From the NCBI RefSeq assembly GCF_009914755.1, contig NC_060929.1: 64,000 nucleotides of DNA; one strand, written 5' to 3'. The notes beneath the pieces are model-generated. The model was not told where the DNA came from. It did no database searches and saw only the letters and a list, made by a program, of their open reading frames with translations. Within the stretch, counting starts at the first letter, position 1. Each line of letters opens with the position of its first letter. The DNA is from the human T2T-CHM13v2.0 reference genome, Homo sapiens. A program made the translations under genes and the position numbers. Shown piece after piece: positions 15,775 to 28,949 of this stretch.

Positions 15775-15882
15775 TCAGGTTTTGAGCTCCTTGAGGCTCT
15801 GTGTCTTATTGCCCCTGCATCCCTTGCATAGTTCCTTGAATATAAAAAGATGCTCAATAAATATCTATTGGAAATATGAAAA
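15775..15882 (+). mobile_element. L2 3' end fragment
   Basis: gagctccttgagg...atgctcaataaatat...tgaa L2 tail pattern. Confidence 0.6.
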
Positions 15883-16433
15883 ATATCAAAGTTAGTACTT
15901 CAGTATTGTCTTTATCACAAGTTAATTTCTGTCACTTTCTTTGTTCTCTGTCAGCTAGAATATTATTAGCAAACAGTTTGGCATTATTTAGCAACACAAC
16001 AAACAATGACATTTTTATTCTCAAGGAAATGCGCTTGTTTTCTAAACGTGGTTGCCATAGCAGTGTGGCACAGATATTTATTAAGATGTTCATTTTCCAG
16101 AAAAATTTAACCTATCCAGTTTGTATTTGTCAACTTCATGTCAAGAAAATTAAAATCTTTTTATTTTTCCTGAAAGTGATGATGAAATAAGCTAAGCACA
16201 AACAAAAAATTACAAAGGATGATGTTAGTCCCATTACAAGGACTCAGATACCATTTTGCTTTCCTCTCTTATTTTTATTTCAGAGTGTGATCCACTTTAC
16301 AATTTAAAGGATAATTAATTGAATATGGAAAGCAACTGGAATATTATATTTCATAGCAAATTATGCTAAATATGAACTATAGATTTGAGAAACTGCATGA
16401 CACATGCAAGTTCAGCCTTCAAATTTCAAAATC

Positions 16434-16754
16434 TTTTTTTAAGAGATGATACCAGTGTTGGTACAAAATGGCAACATTTTAAATAACAAATTCCAGTAGC
16501 AATGCCTTCTGTTACTTCTCTTGGAAAAAATGAGGAGGATTGCAAATTTTGGGAGGATCTGTGTAATAAGAATAGGAGTTATATATGCTGTTTTTCAATG
16601 CAAAATAAATTGACAATAAAATCACAGCCATATTTTTCTATTTTTACAAAAGGAATTTTAGATTAGATACAATTAGGTTGGCAAAAAAGATTGTAAATTA
16701 AGTCTAAATGTTTGTTTTTGTAGAAAGCTTGTTTTGAAGTGTAAGAGATTGTTC
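16434..16754 (+). repeat. Unique-sequence source of the inverted copy at 19100-19419
   Basis: Reverse complement aligns end to end with 19100-19419 at roughly 90% identity. Confidence 0.95.
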
Positions 16755-17126
16755 TGACATTGTAATGTCTGAAATTTGTGAGCTAAGGAACTTTTATTAA
16801 GTTGTTTTACTTTTTTAGCCTCGGTTTCTGTATAAACTAAGAATAGTAATACTATAATATTTGAACCGATGTCTCCTCTTTTAGCAGGCATGGACTTTTG
16901 GGGATGCCCAAATAATTTGGGGCCTTCCCTTAAATTTTCTGTTTAGCTCACTGAGTTTATTTGTCATTTATTTGTCAACAACCTCACCTTCAACATCTAG
17001 TTCTCTTTAGACTAATACTGGCAGTGAGCATTAAGTGATGTTATTGAAAAAAGGAAGTATTTGACAAGCTTCGAAACCCTATTATTATTTTCTGTGCTAA
17101 TTGCTCCTTGTTTCCATATATTGCAA

Positions 17127-17293
17127 AGTATGAATATAAAAAAAGCTGTTTACTTGAGATGTTCACGGAGAACAGACAAAAGCTTTGGAATTTCAACCAT
17201 TCCCTTTTCCCTGTTCCACTAGTCTCTAGAAGGCAATATAGAGATAAGGTATTCCATACTTATGTATTATCTTTTCCCTACTCCAGTCTTACA
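17127..17293 (+). repeat. Diverged direct repeat, copy 2 (partner 15292-15470)
   Basis: Same collinear blocks as copy 1, about 70% identity by eye. Confidence 0.8.
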
Positions 17294-17433
17294 CTCATCC
17301 AGAACTAGAAGCAGCTACCGTTTAGCTTTTTTTAGAATAATTTTTACTCTGCTATGTAGCAAGATGCCTTAAAACTCTGAATGATCAGTTAGAACATAAA
17401 TGTCTTCATTGGAATCTGTCTTTTAATTTTATT

Positions 17434-17510
17434 CAATTAGATCTCAAATTAGAATGAAATTAGAAATTAGATCTTAAATTAGATCTAATTAGATTAGAAA
17501 AATTAGATAA
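17434..17510. repeat. Degenerate AATTAG(ATCT) tandem repeat
   Basis: About 8 copies of attaga in 75 bp. Confidence 0.75.
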
Positions 17511-17625
17511 TACTGTCAATAAAGCTTTCAAATGGCACGAGTTTGCTTTTATTGTGTAACAAATCAGCCCAAAATGTAGTTGCTTCAAAAGTACAATCAT
17601 TCATGAAATTGTGATTACAAAATAG

Positions 17626-17757
<132 letters not shown>

Positions 17758-17971
17758 TAGAAAAACTGAGTAGACAGCAAGAGAATTGGACCTCCACGTC
17801 CACGATGCCCCTCCCCCTCATTCAACCTGGCACCAAGTATGTGAAAATTTTTTCCCCAATTCATGGTTTCTACATTGGAAAAAGTGAACTTGAGGTGGTC
17901 AACCAGCTTCCCCATCTTCGTCCTTTCCCTGGCAGACCTGTCCTCATCTTTTCCCACAGGAAGCATTGTGA

Positions 17972-18404
<433 letters not shown>

Positions 18405-19099
18405 GAAATTCTTTTCTGTAACTCAGCCAAAAAGAGGTACCTAATTGGAGTGGCTGTTGTGCAACACCATGCTGTAGCAAGTACATTCTGCAGGTCCTCT
18501 GAACACAAACCCTTATCCAGACTTTCCACACTGCTAGGATAATTCCTTTGGGACTTCCCCCATTTCGGACAGGCAGCACTCTAACCATTTACTAGAGTTG
18601 AGGTGAACCTGGGCTTAAGATACCACCTACAGCCAAAAAGGAGGCAGCAACCTAATGACCAAGATTTGCTAAGTAAGTATATTCAATAAAAACCAAAATA
18701 AGGCAGAGAAAACTGGAAAAACAATCATTCAATAAAAAGATACAGATGTAGATGCACAAGAAACAACAGCATTAGGGAACTATGACCTCCCCAAAAGGAT
18801 AAAGCAAAAATCCAGTGACTGATTTTAATGAGATGACAATTTGTGAGCTTTCTGACCAAGAATTCAAAATAACAGTTTTAAGGGAATTCAGTGATCTCCA
18901 AGATAACACAGAAAAGCAATTTAGAAATTTATCAAAGAGACTGAAATAATAAAAAACAAATTTAACAGAAATCTTGGAACTGAGAAATATATTTGCTGAA
19001 CAGAGGAACTCTTTGGAGGGTCTCAACAGCAGAATGAACCAAGTAGAGGTTGGAATCAGTGGACTTGAAGATCAGCTATTTGAAAATACAAAGCCAGAG

Positions 19100-19419
19100 G
19101 AACAATCTCTCACACTTCAAAACAAGCTTTCTAAGAAAACAGACATTTACAATCTTTTTTTGCCAGCCTAAGTAATTGTATCTAATCTAAAATCCCTTTT
19201 GTAAAAATATAAAAATGTGGCTGTGATTTTATTGTCAATTTGTTTTGCATTGAAAAATAGCATACATAACTAATATTCTTATTACGTAAATCCTCCAAAA
19301 ATTTGCAATCCTCCTCATTTTTTTCCAAGAGAAGTAACAGAAGGCATTGCTACTGGAATTTGTTATTAAAAATGTCACCATTTTGTACCAATGCTGGTAT
19401 CGTCTCTTAAAAAAAAAGA
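19100..19419 (-). repeat. Inverted copy of 16434-16754 embedded in the L1
   Basis: Direct alignment to the reverse complement of 16434-16754. Confidence 0.95.
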
Positions 19420-21459
19420 AAATCTATGGGATATGGCAAAAGCAGCACTAAGAAGCAAGTTTATAGCAATAAACACCCCTCAAAAAAGTAGAAACGCTGC
19501 AAGCAAACAACCTAACAATGAATCTCAAAAAAGTAGAAAAGCAAGAACAAACCAAACCCCAAACTAGTAGGAGGGAAAAAATAATAAAGATCAGACAAAA
19601 AATGAATAAAATTGAGAATAAAAACACAATACAGAAGATAAAATGGAAAGTTGGTTTTTTGAAAAGACAGACAAAATTGACAAACCTTTAGATAGACTAA
19701 GAAAAAAAAGAGAGAAGACCCAAATGAATAAAATCAGAAAAAAGGAGCTGTAACAACTGAGACCTCAGAAATATAAAGACTCATTAAAGACTATTATGAA
19801 CAACTATATGCCAACAAACTGGAAAACGTATGAGGAATGAATAAATTCCTGGACACATACAACTTACCAAGAAATGAATCATGAAGACATAGAAAATCTC
19901 AACAAACTAATGATGAGTAATGAGATAGAAGCTGTAATAAAGTCTCCTGTTAAAAAAAAGAAGCCCAGGACCTGATGCATTCACTGCTCAACACAACCAC
20001 AAAATATTTTTCTGGTCAGATTTTGCCAAGTAAGTCACCATCAAAGCTTTGCCTTCTAATAATTTCTCACAATACTACCAAACTTTTCACTCCTTAACAA
20101 ATTGAAAGTGTGCAGGATTTGAAAAAATGGGCTTCATATGCTTTGGAAGAAACTTATTCCCAGGGATAATTGTAGTTAATGATTTACTATCGAGCATTTC
20201 AGGACATTATCTCTAAAGATCACATCTATATTCATTGTCTACACTGATGCTTCTGGAAAAAGTTGTTTGTTTCTCTTATGTTCGAGGTCTGAAACTGCCA
20301 TTCTAATTTGGTTTTAGAAATTGGTTGGACTGTTGAATTTCTGGTGAAAAAGGAATATAAACTACTGGAAATTGAACAAGTGGAATGTACTCTTTCCTGA
20401 ACAAAGAGACTTCCAAGAGCCTCTGGCTTTATATTATTGACACTTTGTTTCAGCTCCTGCATATCACCTGGGAAATGGCTCAAGCACAGTAACACACTTT
20501 TTAAAAATTATGCCCCCTTTGTATTCATTATATTCATGCAGGCTCTGAGCATACAAATTGATATAGCAAGATATCTTGGCCTGAGGAACCAAAACAATAT
20601 CCAAAAGTTTCTGAATTTTAGCTAAGGTGTCCTGTGGTCGGGCCACATTTAATTGTTAAGAGAAGTTACAAAAACAGTGAAAGTTTTGTTTTTGGACTTT
20701 TGCTATTGTCATCACTGTTATTCTGTGCAAGATTACTACATTTGAATTTGACCAGCCACTGCTCTTCTCCAGTGAAAACTTCTAAATTTACAAGCTAAAG
20801 AAGTACATTTCTGCAAATACCCTAAATAAATAGTATCTTGAAACCTAATCCCTATTTTCATAAATTGTGGAGTTTTTGGTGCATGCTATTCACTTCTGAA
20901 GCAATAAAGTTAGCACCTCTTAAACATAAGATTATCAAAAAATCCCTCAGTAGTTTTTTGTCTACAGCAACAATTTGCCAACACCCCCTCATTCATTAGC
21001 AATTTAACATTTCCTATATGTGCTCCATAAGTAAATTCTATGAGCTTTATTCACCCTTCAAACAAACAATGGATTCTAAACCAAAAATATCCTCAAAAGT
21101 GTTTTTTAAAAGTCTTATTTTATGTATTTTTTAAAGCAGAGAGAAAAATGATAATTATTGTCGTTGTGAGAGAAGACAATTTTTCTTCTAAAAATAAATA
21201 CATAAGATAAAATTAAGCTTAAAAGTTCTCATTTCCAAAAATAAAGGTTCTGAGTGCTTTTGGCATTTTGTAACTATAGAATTCAAATAATTAATCACCC
21301 TGTGTTTCTGTTTCTACTGTCTTTTTGCTGTTTCTGTTTCACTATGAATTAATTTTATTTTTTAGCTTGCCTCGTATTTTTTTTTTTGTCACCAGATATT
21401 GAAGATGAAAAATTGTAGAGGAGGGTAGAGTGCCAGTGGACTACTTTAATCCTGTTGAT

Positions 21460-22377
21460 CAGGGGTAACTAAACTATGTTCCATGGGCCACATCTGGTCT
21501 CCTGCCTGTTACTGTAAATAAAGTTTTATTAGAAAGCAGCTGATTTATATATTTTTATGACTACTACTGGGGTTTAGTAAAATAGACCCCAAAATGTGGT
21601 ACTTTGGCAGGCTGAACACTTTGAATTAAAAGAAATTATAAAACCTTAGAAGCTGCCTCAGAACCAAGACTCTCTCATCTTCTCTTGCTTCTTTTCTCCC
21701 TAAGCACAAGGAAAGACTCTCTGGAATTTTCTTAACTGACCGAGGGCACTTCTTTTCAAAATAAATGCAATTGTCTTAAGACTACCTCTCTAGGAATCTC
21801 ATCAAATAATCGGGAAAGATTAACCACCAGAGATAAGAAGGGACTCAAAGTCATCACCCTGACCAGATATACTTTTCATCTAATCTTCCGAGGGCAGCTT
21901 TGAGAGATTACCTGAGAGACTTTATATAATAAGGAAACCATCGTCCATGGTGCAGTTATATCTCTCACCTTCTCAAATCTTGCTGGTCCCATTCAGTTTC
22001 CTAAGAGAATCACTTACAAGATCATGTCTGCCTCTTCAGTTTATTCAATTTCCCTAACAATAATATAGAACCCCTCAAATTGCCTACATTTCTCTCATCT
22101 CCCTCTCCCCTAGGTAGAGAGTATATAAGCCTCAACCATCTGGTCCTTCTTCTTTGAGTGTCATATTTGTGGAATTCACATGTCCATGTGCAAGTTAATA
22201 AATTTATATGCCTTTTCTGCTATTGTCAGCCATATCAGTGAACTTTCAGAGCGTGGGAAGGAAGCTTTCTCTGCCCTAACACTGCTTTCATATTACAGCA
22301 GCAGAGTCATATGTCTGCAAAAGAGTTCTAAAATATTTACTATCTGGTCCTTTATGGGAAAAGTTTGCTGACTCACA
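21460..22377 (+). mobile_element. MER58A (hAT-Charlie) split by an LTR
   Basis: caggggtaactaaactat...gtaaataaagttttatt, then ...aaaatatttactatctggtcctttatgggaaaagtttgctgac. Confidence 0.85.
21565..22281 (+). mobile_element. Solo ERV1 LTR (MER34/MER39-like)
   Basis: accccaaaatgtggtactttggcaggctgaacactttgaa start. TATA-like gtatataagc, AATAAA, ends ccctaaca. 4-bp TSD ctac/ctgc. Confidence 0.8.
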
Positions 22378-22899
22378 ATCTGTATCAAATTGTTTAGACT
22401 AAAGGTCTAGACCAGAAAGTTTTAAAATTTCTGTTTTTATTTGGATACATCATTTTCTTATAGTCAAGTTTTCAGAATAATTGCAGTTATCACTTTTAAA
22501 AATAAGATGGGAAGAGGGTGGAATTTGTTGTATTTGCCCCAAACACCATCTTTTCTTGATGGTCAGGCACACATTTTATGATAAGCATGGTAACTCCACC
22601 TAACTGGTCTATAATGCAAGGGTATAACTTTAATTAAAATGATTTTAGCAACTAGTAAGACATAACATAAAAGAGCAAGAAAAATACATCCTGGGGACTT
22701 TGGAATACAGTCACAAAATAACATCAACAAACAGAAAATGCAGGTTCACAGTTACAATTTTAAGGGAGGTGTGGGTCTGCCTGAGTGAATGACTTTTTCA
22801 CATACTAATAAACATTAAAATATGATGGACCATTCTCTGTAAAAAGTTAAATTCCAAGGAAATAGCATACCTTCTGAGAAAACCAGACATGAGTAATTT

Positions 22900-24170
22900 T
22901 TTCATGTGTCTTTCATTTAAGGTATTTACAAAGGACTGAGTAGATATTGGGTACTTGGAGCAAGACAGATCATGAGGATACAAACATAAATTACCATTAT
23001 CTACTCTGAATAATTGACGTTGAACAGAGAAAGGATGGAAGTAAAAACTGTTTACAGTAATGTAGCCACTCTTCTGCTGCACACAATTCTGTCTGCATCC
23101 TGCAGTAGAATCTTATGTAGCCCAGAAGACAGAGGGGCCAACAAACCTGGTGTATGTGGAGAGTCTCAAGAGATGTGGGCTTTATACTTGGAAGAAAAGT
23201 GAGGTGAAGACACTAGAGATAGAAACAACAGCATTAAAAATGAACAGAAATACAAAAAAGCATGCCAGAAGTAGGAAAGAACATGGTGTTTTTGCAGATG
23301 TGTGAGCTAGCGGGCACTCTTAGTGCGTATCCTATTTATATTCAGGCTGGTGGCTCCTTAAGCTCTGAAGGCCCCTCTGACCATAGGAACCTGTACAGCC
23401 TGCAGGCTGGAAGTGTTGGAGAGGGCAAATGAATGTGCTCTGGAGCTGCTCTCAAAGTGTGACAGATGGGAGTGAAAAATTAATATCCCAGCATCCTTGC
23501 TCTTTGGATGGAGTAACTCTGAAGTGTGTTCCACACGGCCACCCAGTATCTGCTGGGGAATTGTGTGCATCTGAGCCCACAAAAGTAATCATTTATCAGC
23601 AAACTCTAATCGACTTTCTTCTCTTGACTTTCTCAGTTTCACACTTCCTTACTGGTGCTTTTTGGGACCACTTTCCTGATAAAATTCTTGCCATTCCATC
23701 CTGTTCCAGGGTCACCGTCTTGGGAAACCTAACCTAGAGGAGGAGTATAATGGTGTAACTAGAATTTAGTCATCATGAGAGTGTAGCTGAAAATGGTAAG
23801 AGAGACTTATATTCCGATGCCTTCAGACTTTCTCTTATAAGTGATGAGAAGTCATCAGAGGAGTGTAAGTAGGGAAATGACATGGTCAGTTTAGTACCTT
23901 CAAAATAATTCTAGCAATAATAGAATGCAAGAGTGATTCCTCCTATCTGTAGCTATTGTAATAATTTAGAAAATAAATAATAAGGGCCTAAACAAGATAT
24001 AAGAGGTGATATTAAGAGAAGCCACAGAGTTAAGAAACTCTGTGATAGAAGAAATGGCAAATTGTACTGACTAGGCTGAACGTAGTAGGCAGGGGTGGTT
24101 CCAGGGCAACACTTGAAACAAAAATTGGCACTTGGATAGGTAATACTATTAGCCAAGACAAAGAACAGAG
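22900..24170 (-). mobile_element. Fragmented L2 (interrupted by an LTR)
   Basis: Purine-rich antisense L2 patterns (gaagtcatcagaggagtgtaagtagggaaatgacatggtcag). Confidence 0.5.
23335..23740 (+). mobile_element. Old ERVL LTR (LTR16-like)
   Basis: gacagatgggag..aatatcccagcatccttgc..gagtaactctga; 3' end cagggtcaccgtcttgggaaacctaacctag. Confidence 0.65.
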
Positions 24171-24259
24171 ATGGGCTGGATTTACTTTTACTTACAAGTC
24201 ACAAGTGAACTTGTAGGCATCTACTCTAATTAAATAAACAAACATCTTTACTTACTTCA

Positions 24260-24822
24260 CTTAAGAACAAGAAGGAGATGAGCTTTGTTATACGTCTATA
24301 GCATCCTCTCTGTTGCCACACTTGTGTGTCTCTTCCCTACCCTAACATCTGTTAATATCTAGTTACAAAAATAGGGAGCTATATTGACTTAAGAAAATTT
24401 ATTCTGATAATTGGGTTACCAACAAGGGCACCATTGTTATTGAAAATACAAACCACAAATTAAAAATAATATGTTAACTCTATGTACCAAAAAATCCTAG
24501 TCACTTACTGTTTTATAAGGAAAAAATAAGGCTTTAGCTCTGTGACTCACTTAGCAAACAGTTTGATGTTCACTTGGAAAGTAGACTACAAGAGGGAACT
24601 GACCGGCATCAGAAGGGTTGATTCTCTGCCCAGCAATTCAGGAAATAAAACTCTGCTCCCTTTAAGGCCAGTATAGCTCTGTATTTTTGTGATTAGATAT
24701 GAATAGATGTTGGGGTAGGGAAGGGAGCACACGGTGTGGCAATAGAGAGGATGCTATAGAAGTATAACATAGTATCCTATAAGTATGTTATAAGTATAGA
24801 AGCTCATCTCCTTGTTCTTAAG
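24260..24822. repeat. Long inverted repeat (arms ~24260-24418 and ~24628-24822)
   Basis: Arms are reverse complements, about 85% identical over the ~105-bp core, with a ~210-bp spacer. Confidence 0.92.
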
Positions 24823-24869
24823 AGTACCACTGAAATGACCTTTGGCTTGGGGATAGAATCCATTTTCTC

Positions 24870-25140
24870 ACTTATCCTCAGTGTTTCCCTGTGAATTAGA
24901 GGAGGCTGAGAATGATGGCAAGTTTGAAAAGAGCAGCTGCTACCATATGTGTTGCACAGATGGAGAAACTGGAGCATGGACACGACATGGATTTCCTGGG
25001 GCCCCAAGATGAGTCAATGGTCATTATTAGAACCCCACCTTCTGAGAGTTAGCCCAGTTTGTTATACATAGTAAGTGAAGTAAGTGAAGATACTTGTTTA
25101 TTTAATTAGAGTGGATGCCTAGAAATTGGTTGTAGCATTA
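24870..25140 (+). mobile_element. Very old MLT1-like LTR fragment
   Basis: Weak resemblance to MLT1J/K 3' half (ccccaccttctg...ttgttat...ttgttta...ttgtagc). Confidence 0.35.
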
Positions 25141-26622
25141 AAGTATTATAACAAGGGGGGACTAAAGAGCTTGTTCAGTTGAAACTTTTCCATGCTCCTT
25201 CAACTCTGCTAGATTTAGTAGACTGTGACAGGCTACTGGCAAATTGATTTCATCCAATGGCTTCAAGGCTCCCTTGATAAATAGTTGTCCTTTGACAGCA
25301 CATATACTTTCAACACATTTAAAACTAAGTCTGTGAACCTTGTCAATTGGTAAATTGAAATCAATAGTGGCCGGAGAGAGAGATTCACTGCATGATAGAT
25401 CAATACACATCTCTCCATTGCAAATAGACGTGGACCATAGAGGGAAGAAAATTTTATTCCATTCTAGGAGGCTAGGGATTTTCTACAAATTTTATTGCTT
25501 TGTAAAATGTGCTACACACTTTAGCAAACATTATTCAAGGTCTTCTGGACTATGGGATTTGCACTATTTGCTAAGTGAGCCACAGAGCTAAAGTCCTTTG
25601 TTTTTTGTGCTAATTATGATAATAGACACTTAGGTCAAAGGTCCATTTTACACATTTAGAAATTCTATTTGAGAAACTGAATGCCAAATTTAAAATTTTC
25701 TGTGTGAAACCAAGGTCAGGAGTGTTGGTTCAAGCTATAAACATAAACTTCCTACAGCCACAATCTAAAGATAACAAAAAATTTATTCAATAAGAATTTA
25801 TTAAATGCATGCTGATTTTAAATCATCATACATATTACTTCAGTAGACGCCAAAATTCCTTCACTAGCCTCACAGTTCCTAACTTTGAAAAGTTTCTTAC
25901 TTAATTGGTTCTTACAACTGTGTTGCTAGTGATTTAGCATAATAGTGAAATGAATTAGAATGCTTTAAACTTGCTCACCTGAATGATCAGTGAGAGAGTG
26001 TTTTGCTTCATATATTTTTTTCTTATAAAACACTAAGTGACCAGGATTTTTTGCTATATAGAGGTAACATCATTTTTAATTTGTGGTTTGTATCTTTTCC
26101 ATAAAAATGATGCCCTTCTTGATATTCCAGTTACTAAAGTAATTTTCCTAATGTCACCCAGTTATAAACCCCTCTTGCTTTGCACATGGTTTTTTTCTCT
26201 CTCTTTGATACTCATGACATTTCCCATTGTATTCGGCTTTCTGTTGCATTAATTGTGTGTAATTTTGTTCACCAGGGATACTGTACATAATCTATTAGAA
26301 TAATTTATTTTGCTTATTTTTGAAGTAATTTGTTAAGGATAAAAACATGCTCTGCCAGTAGTCTCTGCCAGTTCTAAACCCAGGAGCTTAGACGTCTTTG
26401 ATTGCTTGGTTCAAAGGATTGTTTCTTATCATGGAAGGCCTGCCAAATAACCAGATATTCTAGCCCCTTCTTTCTGGCTAATGACTTTTAAGGACTAGAG
26501 TCTGCCATTTGTATTGTGAAGCCAAATATTACTCATGAAGCAGACACAGGCTTTGTTATTATAGTCTATACCCCTGCCTTTCAGTAGGAGCACCCCCTTC
26601 TCCAGGAGATAATTAGCAATTA

Positions 26623-26904
<282 letters not shown>

Positions 26905-27357
26905 CTATCCTGACAACTTGGATTCACATATAAGTATTTTACTCGAAGGTGGCTTAAGAATTTCACTCCAACTTTCAGTGGAAAAATTCATTCCCCTTCA
27001 CCTCAGCAGTAAAATCTGTGAAGGATATGGTTTTCATCATTGGCCACTTTTAATAACACATATAACTGAGGTCATTTTATGAAAAAAAAACCCTTCTAGA
27101 TTTATTAATCCAGATTTGTACTTTGAAACTTTAATTCTTAAAACTAAGCCATCCTACTTTTTTCAATTAATAAAAGTGAGATTCTGGTACAGTCCAAGAG
27201 TGCTCACAGAAGAGCAACATAAAGCATTAAATGTATAAAAATTTATAAATACATTTATATATGAAGAAAAATTTGTCTTCTAAATTCCTCAGAACAGATA
27301 TCTATGATGTTGTGAAAACATAATTTTTAATATGTTTACTCAACCAAACATATCCTG

Positions 27358-27497
27358 TGTTTCTTCACCTGAAAATGAAGAGAATAACAAGAATACATAA
27401 TTCAAGGGTTTTGTGAGGAATAAATAACGTAAATCCAATAAGTACTAAACACAGTGCTAAGCATATAATACTCATTTAATAATGGTTCATTATTATA
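27358..27497 (+). mobile_element. MIR
   Basis: gtttcttcacctgaaaatg...agggttttgtgagg...acagtgctaagcatata core. Confidence 0.8.
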
Positions 27498-27704
27498 ATG
27501 TTGGCTTTCGAATAAGTTAATAGTCCCAGAGTCAGTTTTTTACTTCTATTATTGCTAAAAACACCTTTCTGGTGAGAGGCGTATAGTCATTCATAGCTAT
27601 CTTTATACTCCTTTGTACAGACCAAATTTATAAAGCTTGATCAACATGACAAATATAATCTCAATTAAATGTATATTTCCTTTTTCCTAAAAAATTCAGT
27701 TGCA

Positions 27705-28480
27705 TATTCATCCCATTATATTGATTGCATATTTGTGTTGTCTATTGTCGATGCTAAAAAATGTATGAGACATTTTTGTATAAGTTATAAATGTATAAGT
27801 TTGGTGCCCAAATTTATGAGACTTCAATTTACTGGAAGACAAATTCATATTAAAAGCGAACATAATACAAAGCAGAGCATGATACATGAGCCAAGAGTGG
27901 TGCAAAGTGCTCTGAAAGTTCAGAAGAGGGAGCCATCACTTCAGTTGGGGAAATCAGAAAACATTGAAGAAATGAGGTGGTGTGTGGGTCCTTTAAGAAG
28001 AATTTAGATTTCAACAGGATGAGATGGAGGCAAATGGACATTACAGGGAGAGAGAAGAGCATGAGAAAAATAAAGGGTCGGCAAGTGCCAGTACCATTAT
28101 GGGAAGTTAGTGGTCCAATTTTGCCCTAGAGGGAGGGAATGGGAACATGAAGATAAAAAGGCACATGAGAGAGTAGAGCCAAGAAATCCTTAATTGCTAA
28201 GAAATTCAAACTTTCTCTAGAGGTGGTAGAGAGTTAACTGAAACAGTAAGAAAGATCCATGATCAGAACAGTGAGATTGAGAAATCAAGGTGATTGCTTT
28301 GGATGCAATTGTAGCCATCCTTGCAGGAGGCATAAAAGTGCTGAGAGAAGGTACTGCCAAGAAGGGTATAATGGACAGGGGTCAGGAAGGGCCAAGTAAC
28401 TCCACATGAAGAAAGAAAAGAGAAGGCCCAAAGATTTAATTCTTCCTGGAGGATTGGGAGAAAAGCAAAGATATTATCCA
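27705..28480 (-). mobile_element. L2 fragment
   Basis: Antisense L2 3' region, purine-rich, diverged. Confidence 0.55.
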
Positions 28481-28514
28481 AAATAGGGAGATCTCAAAAC
28501 CCACCACACATGCA

Positions 28515-28895
28515 CTTGCCTAAGGACATTTGCATTGACCTTTCTTTTTGCCTAGACTGTTTTCCCTCCGGATATTCAAATATGGCTCACTTCCTTACCT
28601 ACTTTAAATCGTTTTTAAAAATTTCACTTTATCAATGAGGGGTATCCTGGACATCAGATTTAAACTGTATCCTGTACCATTCCCACACCCTGTCCACCAT
28701 TTCTGATGCCCCTTAATTAGCTCTACTTTTTCTTTTTCCCATATCATTTATCACCTTCTAAAATACTGGATAATTTTCTTACTCATTCTTTTTACTGTTT
28801 ATTTCCCTTTCCCCTCTCCTATTTTTTTATTCATGGGTGTATCCCAGGTACCTAAAAGATGACAGAGTATGTGCTCAATAAATATTGATTGAACA
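28515..28895 (+). mobile_element. L2a 3' end
   Basis: ggacatttgcattg...atggctcacttccttacct...gtatcccagg..cctaaaa...tgctcaataaatatt..ttgaa. Confidence 0.75.
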
Positions 28896-28949
28896 AAGTA
28901 TTGTTTATAAGTGTTTCTTAGAAGATACATTTTAACAAACAAAAGCTAT

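Noticed and set aside
17434-17510. Short periodic repeats (also 40378-40460, 1885-1924, 58575-58610) as CRISPR-like arrays
   Set aside because: No constant repeat with unique spacers. These are ordinary slippage products in a eukaryotic genome.
20232-20495. 87-aa minus-strand ORF and a possible plus-strand exon in unique DNA
   Set aside because: No recognisable domain, no convincing splice-site pair, and stops in the adjacent frames.
25162-25410. 82-aa ORF in non-repeat DNA
   Set aside because: No homology I recognise and no clear splice or initiation context. Length is within chance expectation.
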